DNA from: an uncultured delta proteobacterium
GTDB taxonomy: Bacteria; Desulfobacterota; WTBG01; CAIYCZ01
DNA length: 54,905 bases
Direction of reading: 5' to 3'
NCBI GenBank assembly: GCA_963803975.1
Contig: CAWDOY010000057.1
Location: forward strand, 1-54,905
The position numbers were made by a program, and so were the translations under genes. Each line of letters starts with the position of its first letter. The stretch's first letter is position 1. The notes below the pieces were generated by a model. It did not search any database. It was not told the origin of the DNA and was given only the letters and a program-made list of their open reading frames with translations. This document shows positions 52,908 to 54,905 of the stretch, in pieces.

Positions 52908-53990
52908 ATGCTTCGAAAAGCAGCCACCACCGTACTCTCTATGCAACCTGCCGGGAGATCCAGCTGGCAGCAGCTGGCAGCAAACGCGGTAACAACAGCT
53001 GAGCAGCTTGCCCGCTGCTTCCCGATTGACAGGGAAGCCATGCAAAAGGTCATTGACTGCTACCCCCTGCGGATCAACCCCTACTATCTCAGCCTGATAC
53101 AAGAGCCGGGAGATCCTTTGTGGAAACAGGTGGTGCCTGATGAAGCGGAGCTCATGGATACTGCAGGAATGGAGGACCCGCTCGCAGAAGAGGAATATTC
53201 TCCGGTTCCGAATGTAACCCATCGCTATCCTGACCGGGTGCTGTTCCTGGTATCCAATCAGTGCGCGGTGCACTGCCGCTTCTGCACGCGCAAGCGAAAA
53301 ATCGGCAAACAGTTTGCGGTGACCGATAAAACCTTGAGCGATGGACTTGCCTATATCCGCTTTCACCGGGAAGTGCGGGACGTGCTCATCTCCGGGGGTG
53401 ACCCGCTGATGCTCGCGGATGAACAGCTTGCGGATATTCTTGCCGCGGTGCGGGCCATTCCGCACGTTGAAATCATCCGCATCGGCACGCGGGTGCCCTG
53501 CGTGCTGCCGCAGCGCGTAACAAAGCGCCTGGTAAAGACCCTGCAGCGGTTCCACCCGCTGTACGTTAACACCCACTTTAACCATCCGGCGGAGATTACT
53601 CCTGAGGCCGCACAGGCATGCGCCCTGCTGAGCGATGCGGGAATTCCCCTTGGCTGTCAGACCGTGCTGCTGAAGGGGGTAAACGATAATGCCGCGGTCA
53701 TGCAGCAGCTGATGCAGAAGCTGCTCTGCATACGGGTGAAGCCCTACTACATCCACCAGATGGATCTCGCGCGCGGCACCGGCCATTTCCGCACCGCGCT
53801 GGCCATTGGACTCAGCATTATGCAAGCACTGCGCGAACATACTTCGGGGATGTGCGTTCCGCACTTTGTCATTGACCTGCCGGGCGGCGGCGGCAAAATC
53901 CCGCTGCTTCCGGAATATGTGGTGGGGGAGGAGAATGGAACACTGCTGGTAAGGAATTTTCAGGGACAGATATTCAAATATCCAGATTAA
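52908..53990 (+). CDS. KamA family radical SAM protein (lysine 2,3-aminomutase-like)
   Basis: HRYPDRVL, CAVHCRFCTRKR, SGGDPL, IRIGTR, NHP-E, QTVLLKGVND and DLPGGGGKIP. Confidence 0.92.
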   Translation: MLRKAATTVLSMQPAGRSSWQQLAANAVTTAEQLARCFPIDREAMQKVIDCYPLRINPYYLSLIQEPGDPLWKQVVPDEAELMDTAGMEDPLAEEEYSPVPNVTHRYPDRVLFLVSNQCAVHCRFCTRKRKIGKQFAVTDKTLSDGLAYIRFHREVRDVLISGGDPLMLADEQLADILAAVRAIPHVEIIRIGTRVPCVLPQRVTKRLVKTLQRFHPLYVNTHFNHPAEITPEAAQACALLSDAGIPLGCQTVLLKGVNDNAAVMQQLMQKLLCIRVKPYYIHQMDLARGTGHFRTALAIGLSIMQALREHTSGMCVPHFVIDLPGGGGKIPLLPEYVVGEENGTLLVRNFQGQIFKYPD

Positions 53991-53997
53991 TTATGTT

Positions 53998-54034
53998 TCC
54001 CTGCCCATGTTTTCAACCGCTGCATGGGCAGGGA
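53998..54034. terminator. Hairpin between convergent genes
   Basis: TCCCTGCCCATG/CATGGGCAGGGA 12-bp stem. Confidence 0.65.
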
Positions 54035-54048
54035 TATGAAACAGCCTG

Positions 54049-54905
54049 TTAAAATTTATACCCGATCCCGGCCCCGATGATGTAGGCATCTCCGTCGTGG
54101 AGCCTGCTTTTTGGCACCCCGTCAACCGGTGCGCGCTTCGAAGTTGCGGTTTTTACTGCGCAGGTAGGTATAGGAGAAATCCGTTGACCAGTGCCCCCAG
54201 TGAAGGCCGAAGCCGCAGCTGAAGAGCTGCCGGTCGTAGGACGACACCAGGTAGTCAACCCCGCCCGCGGGAATGGGCTCATTGTCATAGGTGTAGCCCA
54301 GGCGCAGGTCAATCATCTCTGTCAGCGCGTACTCGACGCCGATCTGATAGCGCCACACATCCCGCCAGTCTTTCTTCTTGGTTACCTCATCCATGCCGGC
54401 AATGCCGTCGTCGAAGTTGATCGTCATGTGGTCAAAGCGTGCGCCACCGGGTCAGGATGGCATCAAATTCAACGCTCAGCCGTTTGATCGGCTTGAAGGC
54501 GACGCCGAAGAAATATTCGTCCGGCAGCATTACATCGGCCTGGATCGGGCCGTCAGGGAACAGCCCGCGCGAGAAGCTTAGGCTTGATGAAATCGGCATG
54601 GCCCCCGAGGTTATGTTTCACCTTGCTCCGGTATAAAAAGCCGAAGGAGACCCAGTCGCGGGGTTTGTAATGGGCGGCGAGATTAAATCCCCAGCCGTAG
54701 GAATGGCCCTCCAGGCTCGAATCCACGTTGAAGAGGGGATCATCTGCTCGAGCTTTACATCAAGGCGCATCACGCTCAGCCCGCCGGCTATTGAAAAGCA
54801 GTCGTTAACCTTCCACGCCACGTTGGGGTTTATTTCCACGCCCTTCACCACCGCGTTGATAGCTGTTGTAGCGTCCCGGCCAGCTTTCCGGGTACTCGGT
54901 ACCGA
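54049..54905 (-). CDS. FadL/OmpP1 outer-membrane transporter (5'-truncated, frameshifted)
   Basis: EINPNVAWKVND-FSIAGG, W-DVWRYQIGVEY, LRLGY-YD--PIP and C-terminal GIGYKF. Confidence 0.8.

Overview
GC-moderate bacterial DNA, probably from an anaerobic Deltaproteobacteria/Desulfobacterota-like organism (inferred from gene content). Many genes carry single-base frameshifts, most likely errors in an unpolished long-read assembly, so joined CDS coordinates are approximate. Most of the window is a molybdenum/tungsten island. It has six Moco-class riboswitch aptamers, all lacking the P3 arm (the proposed tungsten-cofactor-type variant), each followed by a terminator, at four loci, two of them tandem. 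They precede: (1) TOBE/methyltransferase/molybdopterin-binding/DUF364/modABC; (2) a xanthine dehydrogenase-family hydroxylase followed by yqeB, CoxD/CoxE, IscU-like, three XdhC genes, yqeC and mocA; (3) an OprP-like porin, a diheme secreted protein and tupABC; (4) a ~12 kb run of uncharacterised exported proteins. Unit 4 contains a beta-helix protein, an unannotated 39-aa RiPP-precursor-like peptide, seven DNRLRE-like domains, a diheme metallophosphoesterase and a purple acid phosphatase. A TiaS-like gene and a Mo-storage-protein-like gene follow it. Unit 4 is the best candidate for an undescribed system, possibly extracellular W/Mo scavenging. The flanks hold a rhodanese/ArsS/glycosyltransferase cluster, corA, a KamA-family gene, a FadL-like gene and a MITE family with one nested copy.
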